Part shown: positions 63,840 to 64,000 of the stretch, one piece after another
Numbering within the stretch: the first letter of the stretch is position 1
Layout of the letters: each line of letters starts with the position of its first letter
Assembly: GCA_013239625.1 (NCBI GenBank)
Contig: MU057351.1
Coordinates: 8,664,625-8,728,624 of the forward strand
DNA: 64,000 nucleotides
Origin: Lama guanicoe
Taxonomy: Eukaryota
Direction of reading: 5' to 3'
The notes under the pieces: generated by a model
What the model saw: the letters and a program-made list of their open reading frames with translations, nothing else
The model's database searches: none
Told to the model about the DNA's origin: nothing
Translations under genes and position numbers: made by a program

Positions 63840-64000
63840 GGAACTTTCAAAATGGAGTAACAAGGATCAGATTTACCCTCCTGTCTGAAACAATCTCAAA
63901 ACCAGACAACATATTTGAAGCAATGAATTTTAGGACCCTGGCCATCAGGCAAAGAAAAGAAGTAATCCCTGAGGACGGGAAACAAATGAAGTGATCCTTA
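63840..64000 (+). mobile_element. L1MC-type 5' end (continues beyond the window)
   Basis: aaaatggagtaacaaggatcagatttaccctcctgtctgaaacaa...ggccatcaggcaaag...atccctgaggacgggaaacaaatgaagtga. Confidence 0.8.

Noticed and set aside
1-64000. CRISPR array, prokaryotic operon, NUMT, snRNA/snoRNA or intact provirus
   Set aside because: No regularly spaced repeats, no mitochondrial-like or snRNA-like sequence recognised, and all LTRs are solo or fragmentary without gag/pol/env.

Overview
AT-rich, CpG-poor mammalian genomic DNA, most likely from a camelid (camel/alpaca lineage), judged from a tRNA-Ala-derived Vic-1-type SINE at 9025-9151 and cetartiodactyl-type L1 3' ends. I cannot identify an intact protein-coding gene, RNA gene or CRISPR-like structure. 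The only ORF-track entries I recognise as protein are decayed LINE pieces: L1 ORF2 near 32.3 kb and 46.5-47.2 kb, and the L2 endonuclease near 36.3-36.7 kb. The window is a layered record of transposons: MIR, L2, L3/CR1, old L1M, young L1 with target-site duplications, hAT DNA elements (MER5A, MER20, MER97-type, Charlie1a) and solo LTRs (MLT1, MLT2, ERV1/ERVL). Three sized N-gaps all lie inside young L1s. Repeat names come from my recollection of consensus sequences and need RepeatMasker/Dfam confirmation. Best observations: (1) a clean 57-bp copy of a nearby MIR inserted into a Charlie1a transposon 724 bp away; (2) an MLT2 LTR split by two unexplained inserts; (3) a rarely retained L2 endonuclease remnant; (4) a CpG-retaining promoter-like element near 10 kb with a chain of candidate minus-strand small exons, suggesting the 5' end of an unidentified gene; (5) a Hox/Pbx/Meis motif cluster near 43 kb. 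I found no convincing evidence of a new multi-gene biological system.
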